64,000 bases of DNA, taken from NCBI GenBank assembly GCA_017455665.1, contig JAFSZN010000050.1:183-64182 (forward strand), given 5' to 3'. Each line of letters starts with the position of its first letter. Position 1 is the first letter of the stretch. The notes under the pieces are model-generated. The model searched no databases. It worked only from the letters and a program-made list of their open reading frames with translations, and was not told the DNA's origin. Shown one piece after another: positions 1 through 9,562 of this stretch. The position numbers were made by a program, and so were the translations under genes. This DNA is from Lentisphaeria bacterium. GTDB lineage: Bacteria; Verrucomicrobiota; Lentisphaeria; Victivallales; UBA1829.

Positions 1-321
1 GTTGTCGAGCGCGCTGGTGCGTGGAAGCAGATTGAAGCTCTGGAACACGAATCCGATCTTCTTGTTGCGGATCTTCGCGCGGCGGTCGCCGGAGATGCGC
101 CCGACTTCCTCGCCGTCGAAGAAATAATCGCCTTCGGTCTGGCGGTCCAGACAGCCGAGGATATTCATGAGGGTGCTTTTCCCGGATCCGGACGCGCCCA
201 TGAGGGCGACGTATTCGCCTTTGCCGATCTCGAGCGAAATGCCCTTCAGGACGGGCACGGAGATCTCGCCGAGGAAATACGTCTTGCCGATGTTGACGAG
301 TTTGATGAGTTCTTGTGACAT
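1..321 (-). CDS. ABC transporter ATP-binding protein, MacB/LolD-like (N-terminal part only; gene runs off the left edge)
   Basis: Not in the ORF track because it is truncated. Reverse-strand ATG at 321-319 gives MSQELIKLVNIGKTYFLGEISVPVLKGISLEIGKGEYVALMGASGSGKSTLMNILGCLD... with Walker A GASGSGKST. Starts 16 nt after the adaptor gene stop. Confidence 0.85.
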   Translation of the reverse strand, partial: MSQELIKLVNIGKTYFLGEISVPVLKGISLEIGKGEYVALMGASGSGKSTLMNILGCLDRQTEGDYFFDGEEVGRISGDRRAKIRNKKIGFVFQSFNLLPRTSALDN

Positions 322-337
322 GGAGGGGACCTCGCGA

Positions 338-1813
338 TCAGTTTCTCGGGGCTCCGGGACGTCCGCCCATGCCGCCCGCGCCGGGAGCGGTGACCGCGCC
401 GGAAGCGCCCGCGGCGGCTTCGCGCTGGCTGGCGCGTTCGCGTGCGCCCGCGCTGCCGCGTCCGGAGAACCTGGGCATTCTGGGCATGAACGGGTTGTTC
501 TGCATGCCGGATTCGGCGCCTTCGGGGCCGCGCATGGCGGCGGAGGTGTCGATGCCGGTGATGATGACGTCGCCTTCCTTCAGGTCGTCGGTGACGATCT
601 CGGCGAGCGTGCCGTTGTTGAGACCGACTTTGACCTTGACGGGGGAGAGGCGGCCCTCGGTCTTTTCGATCCAGAGGAGGGCTTCATTCTGTCCCGCCTG
701 AATGGGGTTCGCGAGGGCGGCGGGGTCGATGTTCTCCACGTTCGGGGTGTAGCGGAGGGCGGAGGCGGGGACGGTGAGGACGCCGCGTTTCGCCTCGCGG
801 ATGAACTTGACGTTGGCGGTGAGGTAGGGCTTCAGCATGCCGCTGTCGTTGTCGGTGTTGACCTCGACGATGTAGGTGACGACGTTGGAGGACAGCGTGG
901 CGTTGAGGCGGATGCGGAAGACTTTGCCGTGGAAGGTGACGCCGGGGAAGGCGTCGCAGGAGAACGTGACATCCATGCCGGGCGTGATGCTGCCGATGTC
1001 GGCTTCGTTCACGGAGACCCACACCTGCATCTTCGCGAAATCCTTCGCGACGAGGAAGATGCTGGACGCCGCCTGGTTGGAGACGACGGTCTGGCCGATG
1101 CTGACGCGGCGGTCGATCACGACGCCGTCCATCGGGGCGGTGATGGTGCAGTAGTCGAGGTTGCGTTTCGCGCGGAGCAGGGAGGCTTCGGCGCTGGAGA
1201 GGGTGCCCTTCGCGCTGGAGAGGGACGCCTTCGCCTCGGCGAGGGACGCCTTCTTCACGGCGATCTCCGCCTGGGCGGTGTTGTAGTCGGACTGGTAGCT
1301 GTCGTAGTCGCTCTTGGTCATGGTCTTGGACTGGTACAGGGTCTGCGCGCGGTCCCAGTTCGCCTTGGCGAGCGCGAGACGCGTCTCGCTCTGCTTCAGG
1401 CTGGCTTCGGCGCTTTCGATGCCGGCTTCCGCCTGGATGATGCCCGCCTTGGCGCGTTCGTGCGTGGCTTCGGCGTCCTGGAGGTCCGCCTTGTACGGCA
1501 CGTCGTCGATCTGCGCCAGCACCATGCCGGTCTTCACGCGGGAGCTGAAGTCGACCGGATTGCCGTCGACGTCCTTGCCGAAGCTCATGATCTTGCCGTT
1601 GACCTGCGCGCCGACGTTCACGAGCTCTTCGGGCTCGACGGTGCCGGTGGCGGAGATGGAGCGGATCACGTCGCCGCGGACGATCTCTTCGGTCTTGAAG
1701 ACGACTTTCACGCCGGCTTTGCTCCGGGAATAGCTGCGGAAAACGACCCAGCCGACGGCGAGCACGCCGAGCACGATGATGAGGACGAGAAAGTTTTTCA
1801 GGAAGTGTTTCAT
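338..1813 (-). CDS. Efflux periplasmic adaptor (HlyD/MacA-family membrane fusion protein)
   Basis: 491-aa ORF with an N-terminal TM anchor (FLVLIIVLGVLAVGWVVF). Long Ala/Ser/Glu coiled-coil hairpin and barrel segments typical of MacA/HlyD adaptors. Gly/Arg/Met-rich disordered C-terminal tail. Confidence 0.85.
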   Translation of the reverse strand: MKHFLKNFLVLIIVLGVLAVGWVVFRSYSRSKAGVKVVFKTEEIVRGDVIRSISATGTVEPEELVNVGAQVNGKIMSFGKDVDGNPVDFSSRVKTGMVLAQIDDVPYKADLQDAEATHERAKAGIIQAEAGIESAEASLKQSETRLALAKANWDRAQTLYQSKTMTKSDYDSYQSDYNTAQAEIAVKKASLAEAKASLSSAKGTLSSAEASLLRAKRNLDYCTITAPMDGVVIDRRVSIGQTVVSNQAASSIFLVAKDFAKMQVWVSVNEADIGSITPGMDVTFSCDAFPGVTFHGKVFRIRLNATLSSNVVTYIVEVNTDNDSGMLKPYLTANVKFIREAKRGVLTVPASALRYTPNVENIDPAALANPIQAGQNEALLWIEKTEGRLSPVKVKVGLNNGTLAEIVTDDLKEGDVIITGIDTSAAMRGPEGAESGMQNNPFMPRMPRFSGRGSAGARERASQREAAAGASGAVTAPGAGGMGGRPGAPRN

Positions 1814-1867
1814 GGAAAAACGGCCTTTATGTTATGTTTTCTATTTGATTCTGTTCGAACTGAAATG

Positions 1868-3400
1868 TCAGATGCCGGTCTGCTGATCCGCGGGGACCGC
1901 GGCGGGCTGGCTGGAATTGTTCGCCGGAGCGGAGGCGCCGGCGTCTTCCAGCTCCTTGTCGACGTCTTCGCCCGTTCCTTCCTCCTGATCCGTATCGCGG
2001 TCGCTGAACGCGTAGACGGCGGCTTCGAGCTGCGCCTTGGCGTTGGATGCGCTGATGACGGCGGAGAGAAGTTCGTGCTGGGCGTTGATGACGGAGCGTT
2101 CGGCCTCGTTGAGGCGGGTCACCAGGGCGCTGCCCGCCTTGTATTCGTTCTCGACGAGGTCGCGCGTTTCCTTCGTGAGTTTGTAGATGTCGCGCGCGAT
2201 ATGCGCCTTTTCGATGTTGGTGACGTAGTTGTCGTAGGCCGTGCGGACGTCGGTGATGACGGTGATCCAGGTCTGCGCGAGGGAGTAGTCGGACTCGGCG
2301 AGGCTGGCGTAGGACTGGAGCGCGGCGAAGTAGTCGGAGAATCCGTTGAAGATGTTCCAGTTCGCGCTGATGCCGTAGTTGAAGCCCCAGGACCCGGACC
2401 AGCTCGTGGTCGTGCGCGCCAGGCGCGTCTGGTTGCGGTTCCAGGTGTAGCCGAGGTTGTAGTTCGCGTTGACCTTCGGTCCGAACGCCGTGAGGGAGTT
2501 CCAGAAGCTGTACTTGGCGGTTTCGAGGCGGTCGCGGTACTGCTGGAGGTCGGGACGGTTCGCGAGCGCGGAGTCGAGGTAGACGGTCACGTCCGCGAGG
2601 ATCTCCTTTTCGGGCATGACGGCGTCCTCGAACGCGACGGAATCGGGGATGGTGCCGTCGGTGATGCCGAGCGTGCCGGCGAGGACGTACTTTGCGGCGC
2701 GGATGTTGTACTCGGTGCGGATCAGCTCAAGTTCGCCGTTCTTGAGCGTGATCTGGAAGTTGAGGACGTCGGAGTAGAGCGCGCTCCCGGCGTCGTACTT
2801 GTCCTGGGTCTCCTTCAGCATCTTCCTGCTGTAGTCGATCGACGCCTCCGCGATGGCTTTCTGAGAGATCGCCTGCTGGACGTCGTTGTAGGCGTACGCC
2901 ACGGAGCGGAGCAGGAGGCGTTTCGCGTCTTCCTGCGCGTCCTTCGCCTGGTTGAGGTTGTATTTCTGCGCGAGGATGTTCATCTCGCGTCCGAGGCTGT
3001 CGAAGATGAGCCAGGAGCCGCTGAAGGACGGTCCGACGCTCGTGCCGTATGTCCACGGCTTTTCGCCGGAGCTGGACGACGTGACCTTGGAGAAGCTCTG
3101 GCTGAAGGACAGCCCGGCGTTCAGGGTCGGCGCGTACGAGGAGAAGCTCTGGTAGTATCTGGCGCGCGCGGAGTCGATCGAGAACTTGACGCGGAGGAAA
3201 TCCGGGTTGTTCGCGAGCGCGATCTCCCGCGCCTTTTCGAGGGTGAGCGTCTTCATTTCCTCGGGGAAGAGGACTTTCTCTTCGTCCGGGATGTCGGTGT
3301 AGGTGGAGTGCTTGACGGCCATGGGGGGCTTGGTGTAGCTCTGGCAGCCGCCGAAAACGAGGACGGCCGGGATCGCGAGGAGGAGAAGTTTCTTATTCAT
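1868..3400 (-). CDS. TolC-family outer-membrane efflux lipoprotein
   Basis: Track ORF 1868..3856 is over-extended. The internal ATG at 3400 gives MNKKLLLLAIPAVLVFGGCQS (lipobox), then a two-fold TolC-like repeat architecture. Overlaps the tetR stop by 8 nt; 54-nt gap to the adaptor gene. Confidence 0.8.
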   Translation of the reverse strand: MNKKLLLLAIPAVLVFGGCQSYTKPPMAVKHSTYTDIPDEEKVLFPEEMKTLTLEKAREIALANNPDFLRVKFSIDSARARYYQSFSSYAPTLNAGLSFSQSFSKVTSSSSGEKPWTYGTSVGPSFSGSWLIFDSLGREMNILAQKYNLNQAKDAQEDAKRLLLRSVAYAYNDVQQAISQKAIAEASIDYSRKMLKETQDKYDAGSALYSDVLNFQITLKNGELELIRTEYNIRAAKYVLAGTLGITDGTIPDSVAFEDAVMPEKEILADVTVYLDSALANRPDLQQYRDRLETAKYSFWNSLTAFGPKVNANYNLGYTWNRNQTRLARTTTSWSGSWGFNYGISANWNIFNGFSDYFAALQSYASLAESDYSLAQTWITVITDVRTAYDNYVTNIEKAHIARDIYKLTKETRDLVENEYKAGSALVTRLNEAERSVINAQHELLSAVISASNAKAQLEAAVYAFSDRDTDQEEGTGEDVDKELEDAGASAPANNSSQPAAVPADQQTGI

Positions 3401-3992
3401 GGTTGGTTTGGATACTCCGGAGGAAAAGTTGAACGACGGGAACGGGATCGATGGGCTCGTCCCGGAAATCGCTGAGCATGCAGATGTTGTGGATGGCGCC
3501 GTTGAAGAGGACGACGGCGGCGGCGAGGTCGACGCCGAAGAATTCGCCGGACGCGACGCCGTCGCGGATGACGCCTTCGATGATCGCCTGGCGGCGCATG
3601 TCGCCGACGATGACCGGATGCGAGGAATCCTTGGGCGGAGGCACGTTCTCCATGATCGCGCGGTGGTACTTGCGCTTCTCGCGGAACGTGCGGATGATGA
3701 AGAGCGCCATTTCGGAGAGGCGTTCGGACGCCGGCTTTCCGTTTGCGGCGATCTCCTCGAGCTTGTCGCAGAGCGCGGCGATGGAGGCGCGGGCGATGGC
3801 ATACAGGATGTCGTTTTTGTCCTTGAAATAATTATAAAGGACGCCGCGCGACACATTGAGGCGCTTCGCGATGTTCTCCGTGGTGAAGGCTTCCCAGCCG
3901 CCCTCGCAGAGGAGTGCGATCCCGGCGGAGCATACGTCGTGCCGGATGGATTCGGTCATCATTTCGCGCATTTTCTGCGTGTATCTTGGCAT
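3393..3992 (-). CDS. TetR/AcrR-family transcriptional regulator
   Basis: 199 aa with an N-terminal TetR HTH (FTTENIAKRLNVSRGVLYNYFKDKNDIL). First gene of the efflux operon. Confidence 0.85.
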   Translation of the reverse strand: MPRYTQKMREMMTESIRHDVCSAGIALLCEGGWEAFTTENIAKRLNVSRGVLYNYFKDKNDILYAIARASIAALCDKLEEIAANGKPASERLSEMALFIIRTFREKRKYHRAIMENVPPPKDSSHPVIVGDMRRQAIIEGVIRDGVASGEFFGVDLAAAVVLFNGAIHNICMLSDFRDEPIDPVPVVQLFLRSIQTNHE

Positions 3993-4057
3993 AATGAATC
4001 GCGTGTTTGAGGGGGAAGATGCTGTATTTCGGACGAATTTGACAAGGTGATTTTATT

Positions 4058-4072
4058 GTGACACCGTGTCAC
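4058..4072. promoter_or_regulatory. Perfect palindrome GTGACAC-C-GTGTCAC, candidate TetR operator
   Basis: 7-bp inverted arms with a 1-nt spacer, in the divergent tetR/MFS intergenic region next to a TTGACA hexamer (4039-4044). Confidence 0.35.
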
Positions 4073-4207
4073 GAACGGCATAAAAAATACACCGTTTCCG
4101 CCTGAAATCAAGAAGAAATTCAGGACAACGGCTTGAATTTGATAAAAAATGCATTACATTTAGTAAAAAATTCATGCACCAAACAGTCCCGAAAGGAGAA
4201 AAAACAA

Positions 4208-5965
4208 ATGAGCGACAAACCGCTGCCGGACCTGACCCAACCGAAAAGCAAATGGAGCGTCGGCACGCTGACGTACACCGCCGCCGGACTCGCCGTGCTG
4301 TTCGCCCTGCTGCTGTGGGGCGATTTCGCGTGGTCGATGAAGGACCGCGTGGTCTTCCCGATGACCGTGAAGCTGGCGAAGGAACGGTTCGAGCTGAACG
4401 ACACGCTGTATTCCATCCTGATCATTTCGTTCCCGAATTTCACGAACATCTTCCTGATGCCGATCGTGAGCTATCTTTCCGACCGGCACCGCGGCCGCCT
4501 GGGACGCCGCATCCCGTTCCTGCTGTTCACCACGCCGTTCATCGTGGTCGGGTTGCTCGGCATCGGCCTGAACGCGGAGATCGGCGGCGTGATCGAAAAG
4601 ATCACGTCGATGAACGCGCGCACGGCGGCGCTGGTGGCGTTCTGCGTCTTCTGGGTGCTGTTCGACTTCGGCAACACGCTGGCGTCGGCGATCTTCAACG
4701 CCCTCGTGAACGACGTGGTGCCGCAGCGCATCATCGGGCGTTTCTTCAGCCTCTTCCGCATCATCAGCCTGCTGGCGGGCATCCTGTACAACTACTATCT
4801 CTTCGAGCACGCGCTTGACTGGTTCAAGTGGATATTCCTCGTGCTCGGCGCGCGGTATGCCGCGGGACTGTATTCCATGTGCTTCTTCGTGAAGGAAGGC
4901 AAGTATCCGCCGCCGGAGGAGATCCCGGCGGACAAGAGCAAGTTCCAGCGTGTCTTCGGCGCGTTCATCGACTATTTCCGGCAGTGCTTCTCCGTGCCGT
5001 ACTACCGCTGGATCATCGTCGCGCTCCTGCTGGCGAACATCAGCTTCCACCCCATCAACGACTTTTCCATCCAGTACGCCAAGGCGATCGGCGTGCCGGA
5101 CAGCACCTACGGTCAACTGCTCGCGATCACGTACTGTTTCTCCATCGTGCTGAGCTATCCGCTGGGCGCTCTGGCGGACCGGTTCCATCCGATCCGGACC
5201 AGTTTCGTCTCCCTCGCGGCGTACGCGGTCCTGATGCTCGTCGGCTGGCTGGTCGTCAACAATCCCTGGCAGAAGGAGATCACCTACTACATCCCCGGCC
5301 TCATGGCCGACCCGAAGAAGCTCGTCCTGTCCTCCTTCGCGATCGTGTTCATCATTCACGGCGTGGTGTCCGGGTGCTTCTTCACGCTGTCCAGTTCGCT
5401 GCCGCTGCGTCTCTTCCCCGGTTCGATCTTCGCGCAGTTCGCCTCGGCGAACGCCATGATCCTGGCGCTCGGCACCACGGTCATCGTCCCGGCGTTCGGG
5501 TTCTTCCTGGACGTGCAGGACAGCAATTACGACCTGCTGTTCGTGCTCGGCGCGATCCTGTCGCTAATCTCCGCGGTCGCATTCGTGAAGATCCATTTCT
5601 ACTACAAGCGTTTCGGTGGCGACGAGAACTACATCGCGCCTGACGTGATGACGCGCGAGAATATCCGGAAGGCAGGCGACAAGTTCCGGACGTTCATCAT
5701 CCCCGGCGCGGTCGCGGGCATCATCGCCGGATGCCTGTTCGGATACTGGTTCGAAGGTCCGGCGATCCGCGCGGAATACGGCTTCGGCGCATTCTACGGG
5801 CATTTCGTCGACATCATGTTCCGGCAGGCGGCGGACGCGAAGCCGCTTTTGGCGTATCTGCTTTCGGTCGTGACGTTCGGTCTGGTCGGGTTCTTCCTCG
5901 GCGCGCTGATCCCGAACAAGCGCCGTCCTGTGAAACGCGCTTCGGACGAGGCGGAAGCCGCCTGA
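4208..5965 (+). CDS. MFS-type transporter (GPH/SLC45-like)
   Basis: Track ORF starts at 4133. The ATG at 4208 is preceded by AAGGAG (4193-4198). Multiple hydrophobic helices and the loop motif DRHRGRLGRRIPF, typical of MFS loop 2-3. Confidence 0.7.
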   Translation: MSDKPLPDLTQPKSKWSVGTLTYTAAGLAVLFALLLWGDFAWSMKDRVVFPMTVKLAKERFELNDTLYSILIISFPNFTNIFLMPIVSYLSDRHRGRLGRRIPFLLFTTPFIVVGLLGIGLNAEIGGVIEKITSMNARTAALVAFCVFWVLFDFGNTLASAIFNALVNDVVPQRIIGRFFSLFRIISLLAGILYNYYLFEHALDWFKWIFLVLGARYAAGLYSMCFFVKEGKYPPPEEIPADKSKFQRVFGAFIDYFRQCFSVPYYRWIIVALLLANISFHPINDFSIQYAKAIGVPDSTYGQLLAITYCFSIVLSYPLGALADRFHPIRTSFVSLAAYAVLMLVGWLVVNNPWQKEITYYIPGLMADPKKLVLSSFAIVFIIHGVVSGCFFTLSSSLPLRLFPGSIFAQFASANAMILALGTTVIVPAFGFFLDVQDSNYDLLFVLGAILSLISAVAFVKIHFYYKRFGGDENYIAPDVMTRENIRKAGDKFRTFIIPGAVAGIIAGCLFGYWFEGPAIRAEYGFGAFYGHFVDIMFRQAADAKPLLAYLLSVVTFGLVGFFLGALIPNKRRPVKRASDEAEAA

Positions 5966-5997
5966 TCCATCCGCGCTGAAACAAGCTCGAAAACGAC

Positions 5998-6044
5998 CGC
6001 TCCGGCACCGGAAAAATCCCCCGTGCCGGAGCGTTTTCTTTTCC
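5998..6044 (+). terminator. Rho-independent terminator after the MFS gene
   Basis: 11-bp stem CGCTCCGGCAC/GTGCCGGAGCG followed by TTTTCTTTTCC. Confidence 0.75.
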
Positions 6045-6168
6045 CGAGACGGAAAACACTGTAAGATTGTGCTGTTTTTTCCTGAAAAAAACTGGAAAAA
6101 GAGCGCTTCGCGTGCTACATTATTAGAATAAAGATTTTCAACCACCCCTGAACGCGGAGATTTTTCCC

Positions 6169-7572
6169 TTGAAAAAAAGCACGGAAGAACAGCGGACGCG
6201 GCCGTATCTGGTGCGTCTGGTCAGCCTCGGCTGCCCGAAAAACACGGTGGACACGGGTGTGGCCGCCGGAGCGTTGCTCGTGGACGGATTCGGCCTGACC
6301 GCCGATGACGACGAAGCGGACGTGATGTGGATCAATACCTGCGCGTTCCTGCTCTCCGCCCGCAAGGAGGCGATGGAGGAGATACGCCGTGCCTGCGCTT
6401 GGAAGAAACGCCGCGCGGGACGTCTGGTCGTGGTCGCCGGGTGTCTGCCGCAATGGGACAAGGATGGCGCGGTCCGCGCGAAGTATCCGCTGGTGGACGC
6501 CTGGGAAGGCATCGATTCGCCCGCCGGGATCGGCGCCGTGCTGAAACGCCTGATCGCCGACAAGCCCGGCCCCGAACGGAAAAACGTGAAGCCGTGTTCC
6601 TGGATCTACGACGAAACGACCCCGCGTCTGCCTGTCGAATCGGAGCATTTCGCCTACCTGAAGATCGCCGACGGCTGCTGCAACTGCTGTACCTACTGCC
6701 TGATCCCGTCCATCCGCGGCGCGCTCCGCAGCCGTACCGTGCAGTCAGTCGTGGCCGAGGCGCAATCGCTCGCGGAGCAGGGGTTCCGCGAACTCATCCT
6801 GATCGCGCAGGACACCGGGGCGTTCGGACGCGACCGAAGCAGGGACGGCAAATCCGAACTGCCGGAGCTGCTCGCCGCGCTCGACAAGCTCCCCGGCGAA
6901 TTCCGTCTCCGCCTGATGTACGTGCATCCGGCGTCCGTCGACGACGCCATGATCCGCGCGTTCAGGAAATGCCGCCGCCTGATCCCCCATATCGAAATGC
7001 CGGTCCAGCACGTTTCCGACGCCGTGATGGCCGCGATGAACCGCCACATCACGGCGGAACGCCAGAACGAGGTGATCCGCAAGCTCCGCGAGGCGGGATT
7101 CACGATCCGCACCACGCTGATGACCGGATTCCCCGGCGAGACCGAGGCGGATTTCCAAATGCTTCTCGACGCTGTGAAGGCGCGCGTCTTCTCCCGCATC
7201 GGCGTGTTCGCATTCTCGCCAGAGGACGGAACTCCGGCGGCTTCCATGAAGGGGCGCGTCCCGGCAAAGACCGCCGCCGCGCGCGCCGCCATGATCGCCG
7301 CCGAACAGGAAAAGATTTCGCGGGAAACGAACCGGGCGCTGGTCGGACAGACGCTAGAGATCATCCTGGACGAGGACTCCGGACGCGGCCGCTGGCGTGG
7401 GCGCATGCTCATGGACGCCCCGGACATCGACCAGACGGTACATGTATCCAAGTGCCCCGCCGGGCTCACGGCGGGGATGGCAGTGCCCGTGACCATCACG
7501 CGGGCGGCCGCATACGATTTGTACAGAACCTACGAACCTGAAGGGCGTACGCCCGGAGGAAAGGCAAAATGA
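6169..7572 (+). CDS. rimO: Ribosomal protein S12 methylthiotransferase RimO
   Basis: 467 aa with a MiaB-family N-domain (LGCPKN), radical-SAM cluster motif CCNCCTYC and a C-terminal TRAM-like domain. Coordinates are taken from the track; I could not confirm the start codon by eye. Confidence 0.9.
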   Translation: MKKSTEEQRTRPYLVRLVSLGCPKNTVDTGVAAGALLVDGFGLTADDDEADVMWINTCAFLLSARKEAMEEIRRACAWKKRRAGRLVVVAGCLPQWDKDGAVRAKYPLVDAWEGIDSPAGIGAVLKRLIADKPGPERKNVKPCSWIYDETTPRLPVESEHFAYLKIADGCCNCCTYCLIPSIRGALRSRTVQSVVAEAQSLAEQGFRELILIAQDTGAFGRDRSRDGKSELPELLAALDKLPGEFRLRLMYVHPASVDDAMIRAFRKCRRLIPHIEMPVQHVSDAVMAAMNRHITAERQNEVIRKLREAGFTIRTTLMTGFPGETEADFQMLLDAVKARVFSRIGVFAFSPEDGTPAASMKGRVPAKTAAARAAMIAAEQEKISRETNRALVGQTLEIILDEDSGRGRWRGRMLMDAPDIDQTVHVSKCPAGLTAGMAVPVTITRAAAYDLYRTYEPEGRTPGGKAK

Positions 7573-8171
7573 AACATCTCCCGAACGCACTCACGGTCAG
7601 CCGCATCATCCTGATCTTCTGTTTTGTGGTGCTGGCGAACTTCGACAGCGCGAACCCGACCTGCATCAAAGTCGGCGAACACACGGCGTATGTGTGCCAC
7701 GCGATCGCCCTGATCGTGGCGTTTCTGGCGGGCATTACCGACCTGCTGGACGGCTACCTGGCGCGCAAATACCACGTGGAAAGCGATTTCGGACGTCTGA
7801 TGGATCCGCTCGCCGACAAGATCTTCATCCTCGCGACGTTCATCATGATGCTGGACTACGGCATGATCCCCGGCTGGGTGCTGATCGTGATCCTGACCCG
7901 CGAGTTCATGGTGACCGGCCTGCGGACGCTCGCGTCCTCCAAGAACGTGATCATCGCCGCCGACCGCTGGGGCAAGATGAAGACCGCCACGCAGATGTTC
8001 ACGCTGGCGTTCGGCGGCGCCGCCTGGATCCACCTCTTCGGACTCGACCTCGGCGTGTCGCCCGTGACAATCATCTGGAAATGCCTCCAGGGCGCGGTCG
8101 TGCTCATCACGGTCGGGTCCGGGCTGCAGTATTTCATCCGCTACCGTTCGCTGTTCAGCGACAGCATCTGA
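7569..8171 (+). CDS. pgsA: CDP-diacylglycerol--glycerol-3-phosphate 3-phosphatidyltransferase
   Basis: CDP-alcohol phosphatidyltransferase motif DLLDGYLARKYHVESDFGRLMDPLADK. ATGA overlap with rimO. Confidence 0.9.
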   Translation: MKHLPNALTVSRIILIFCFVVLANFDSANPTCIKVGEHTAYVCHAIALIVAFLAGITDLLDGYLARKYHVESDFGRLMDPLADKIFILATFIMMLDYGMIPGWVLIVILTREFMVTGLRTLASSKNVIIAADRWGKMKTATQMFTLAFGGAAWIHLFGLDLGVSPVTIIWKCLQGAVVLITVGSGLQYFIRYRSLFSDSI

Positions 8172-8209
8172 TTTTTGTTTGACCTCATTTCCCGCAGGAG
8201 CTTGACCGC

Positions 8210-9541
8210 ATGTCCCAGACGATGACATACCGGACGGACGAGAACGAACGGAAGAACGTCTTCCGCGCGTATCTGGTCGGCCCGTGCATCCATCCGGCGG
8301 ACCCGGCGTCCACGGCGGACGACCTGAAGGAGCTCGCCGAGCTGGTCCGCACGCTGGAAGTGCCGGTTGCCGGGCAGGTCGTCGCCGGGCTGAAAGCGCC
8401 GAACCCGAAATACTACGTCGGGAGCGGCAAGGCGGAGGAGATACGCGACGCGGCAAAGGAGGCGGAGGCGAACATCGTGATCTTCGACGTCGCGCTCAGC
8501 CCGACCCAGCAGCGCAACCTGGAACAGCTCTTCGGCATGAAGGTGATCGACCGCCAGGAGGTCATCCTGGACATTTTTGCGTCGCGCGCGCGTACTCGCG
8601 AGGCTGTGCTTCAGGTCGAGCTCGCCCGCTGCCAGTATTTCCTGCCGCGCCTAACCGGCGCCTGGACGCACCTGTCGCGCCAGCGCGGCGGCGTGACCGG
8701 GGCGCGCGGCGGCGGCGAAAAACAGATCGAATACGACCGCCGCGAACTCCGCCAGCGCATTTCCGATTTGAAGGCCGAGCTCGCGGAGATTCGCAAGCAC
8801 CGCGGCACCCAGCGGAAGAGCCGGATGCGCGCGAACCTGCCGAACGCGGCGATCGCGGGCTACACCAACGCCGGAAAATCCACGCTGCTGAACCTGCTGA
8901 CCGGAGCCGACGCATACGCCGCCGACCAGCTGTTCGCCACGCTCGACCCCACGACTCGCGCGCTGACTCTGCCGGACAAGACGCACCTGATCCTGACGGA
9001 CACCGTCGGATTCGTGCGCAGATTGCCTCACTCGCTGATCGAGGCGTTCCGGTCCACGCTGGAGGAGGCGGTGCTCGCCGACTTCATCGTGCTGGTGCTC
9101 GACGCGTCCAATCCGAACGTCTTCAACCACGTGGAGACCACGCTGTCCGTGCTGGGCGAACTCGGCGCGGAACGAAAGTCCATCCTCGTGGTCTGTAACA
9201 AATGCGACCTCATCACCGATCCGCTGACCCGGATCAAGCTCAAAAACACGTTCCCCGACGCCGTGTTCATTTCCTGCCGGACCCGCGAGGGCATCGACGC
9301 GCTGCTGGAGACGCTGTCCGCGAAGTGCGGCGGCCCTTCGGAGATCTGCCATGCGGAGATCCCGCCGGAACGCGCCGACCTGGTGGCGCTTCTGCACGAA
9401 AAGGCGCGGATCCTGGAGAGCGCATACCGCGACGACGGGGTGTTTGTCGCGACGGTATCCGTGTCCGGCCTCGAGTCGGGCAGATTCGCGCCGTTCCTGA
9501 CCCCGGACGACCCTCAACCGAATCAATCAAACGTTTTGTGA
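8210..9541 (+). CDS. hflX: GTPase HflX
   Basis: 443 aa with an HflX N-domain, G1 GYTNAGKST, G3 DTVGF and G4 NKCD. Confidence 0.9.
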   Translation: MSQTMTYRTDENERKNVFRAYLVGPCIHPADPASTADDLKELAELVRTLEVPVAGQVVAGLKAPNPKYYVGSGKAEEIRDAAKEAEANIVIFDVALSPTQQRNLEQLFGMKVIDRQEVILDIFASRARTREAVLQVELARCQYFLPRLTGAWTHLSRQRGGVTGARGGGEKQIEYDRRELRQRISDLKAELAEIRKHRGTQRKSRMRANLPNAAIAGYTNAGKSTLLNLLTGADAYAADQLFATLDPTTRALTLPDKTHLILTDTVGFVRRLPHSLIEAFRSTLEEAVLADFIVLVLDASNPNVFNHVETTLSVLGELGAERKSILVVCNKCDLITDPLTRIKLKNTFPDAVFISCRTREGIDALLETLSAKCGGPSEICHAEIPPERADLVALLHEKARILESAYRDDGVFVATVSVSGLESGRFAPFLTPDDPQPNQSNVL

Positions 9542-9562
9542 TAAAAAAACAGGAGAAACACT

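Noticed and set aside
167-3475. 1102-aa + strand ORF, and similar giants in the track: 10163..13306 (-), 14233..16239 (-), 43765..46377 (+), 47903..49489 (-), 50548..52470 (+), 55982..58096 (-), 53640..54911 (-).
   Set aside because: All lie antisense to genes with clear family signatures. They have Arg/Gly/Ala/Asp/Val-rich low-information translations typical of stop-poor shadow frames in high-GC DNA, and they carry no recognisable motifs.
1868-3856. Over-extended N-termini in the track: 1868..3856, 16358..18787, 19111.., 27363.., 32222.., 34436..35533, 40352.., 41341.., 43001.., 49390.., 52781..53566, 53313.., 55092...
   Set aside because: The upstream extensions overlap neighbouring genes or a riboswitch and translate to Arg/Pro/Ser-rich junk. 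Internal ATG/GTG codons with SD-like sequences give proper signal peptides or family-typical N-termini.
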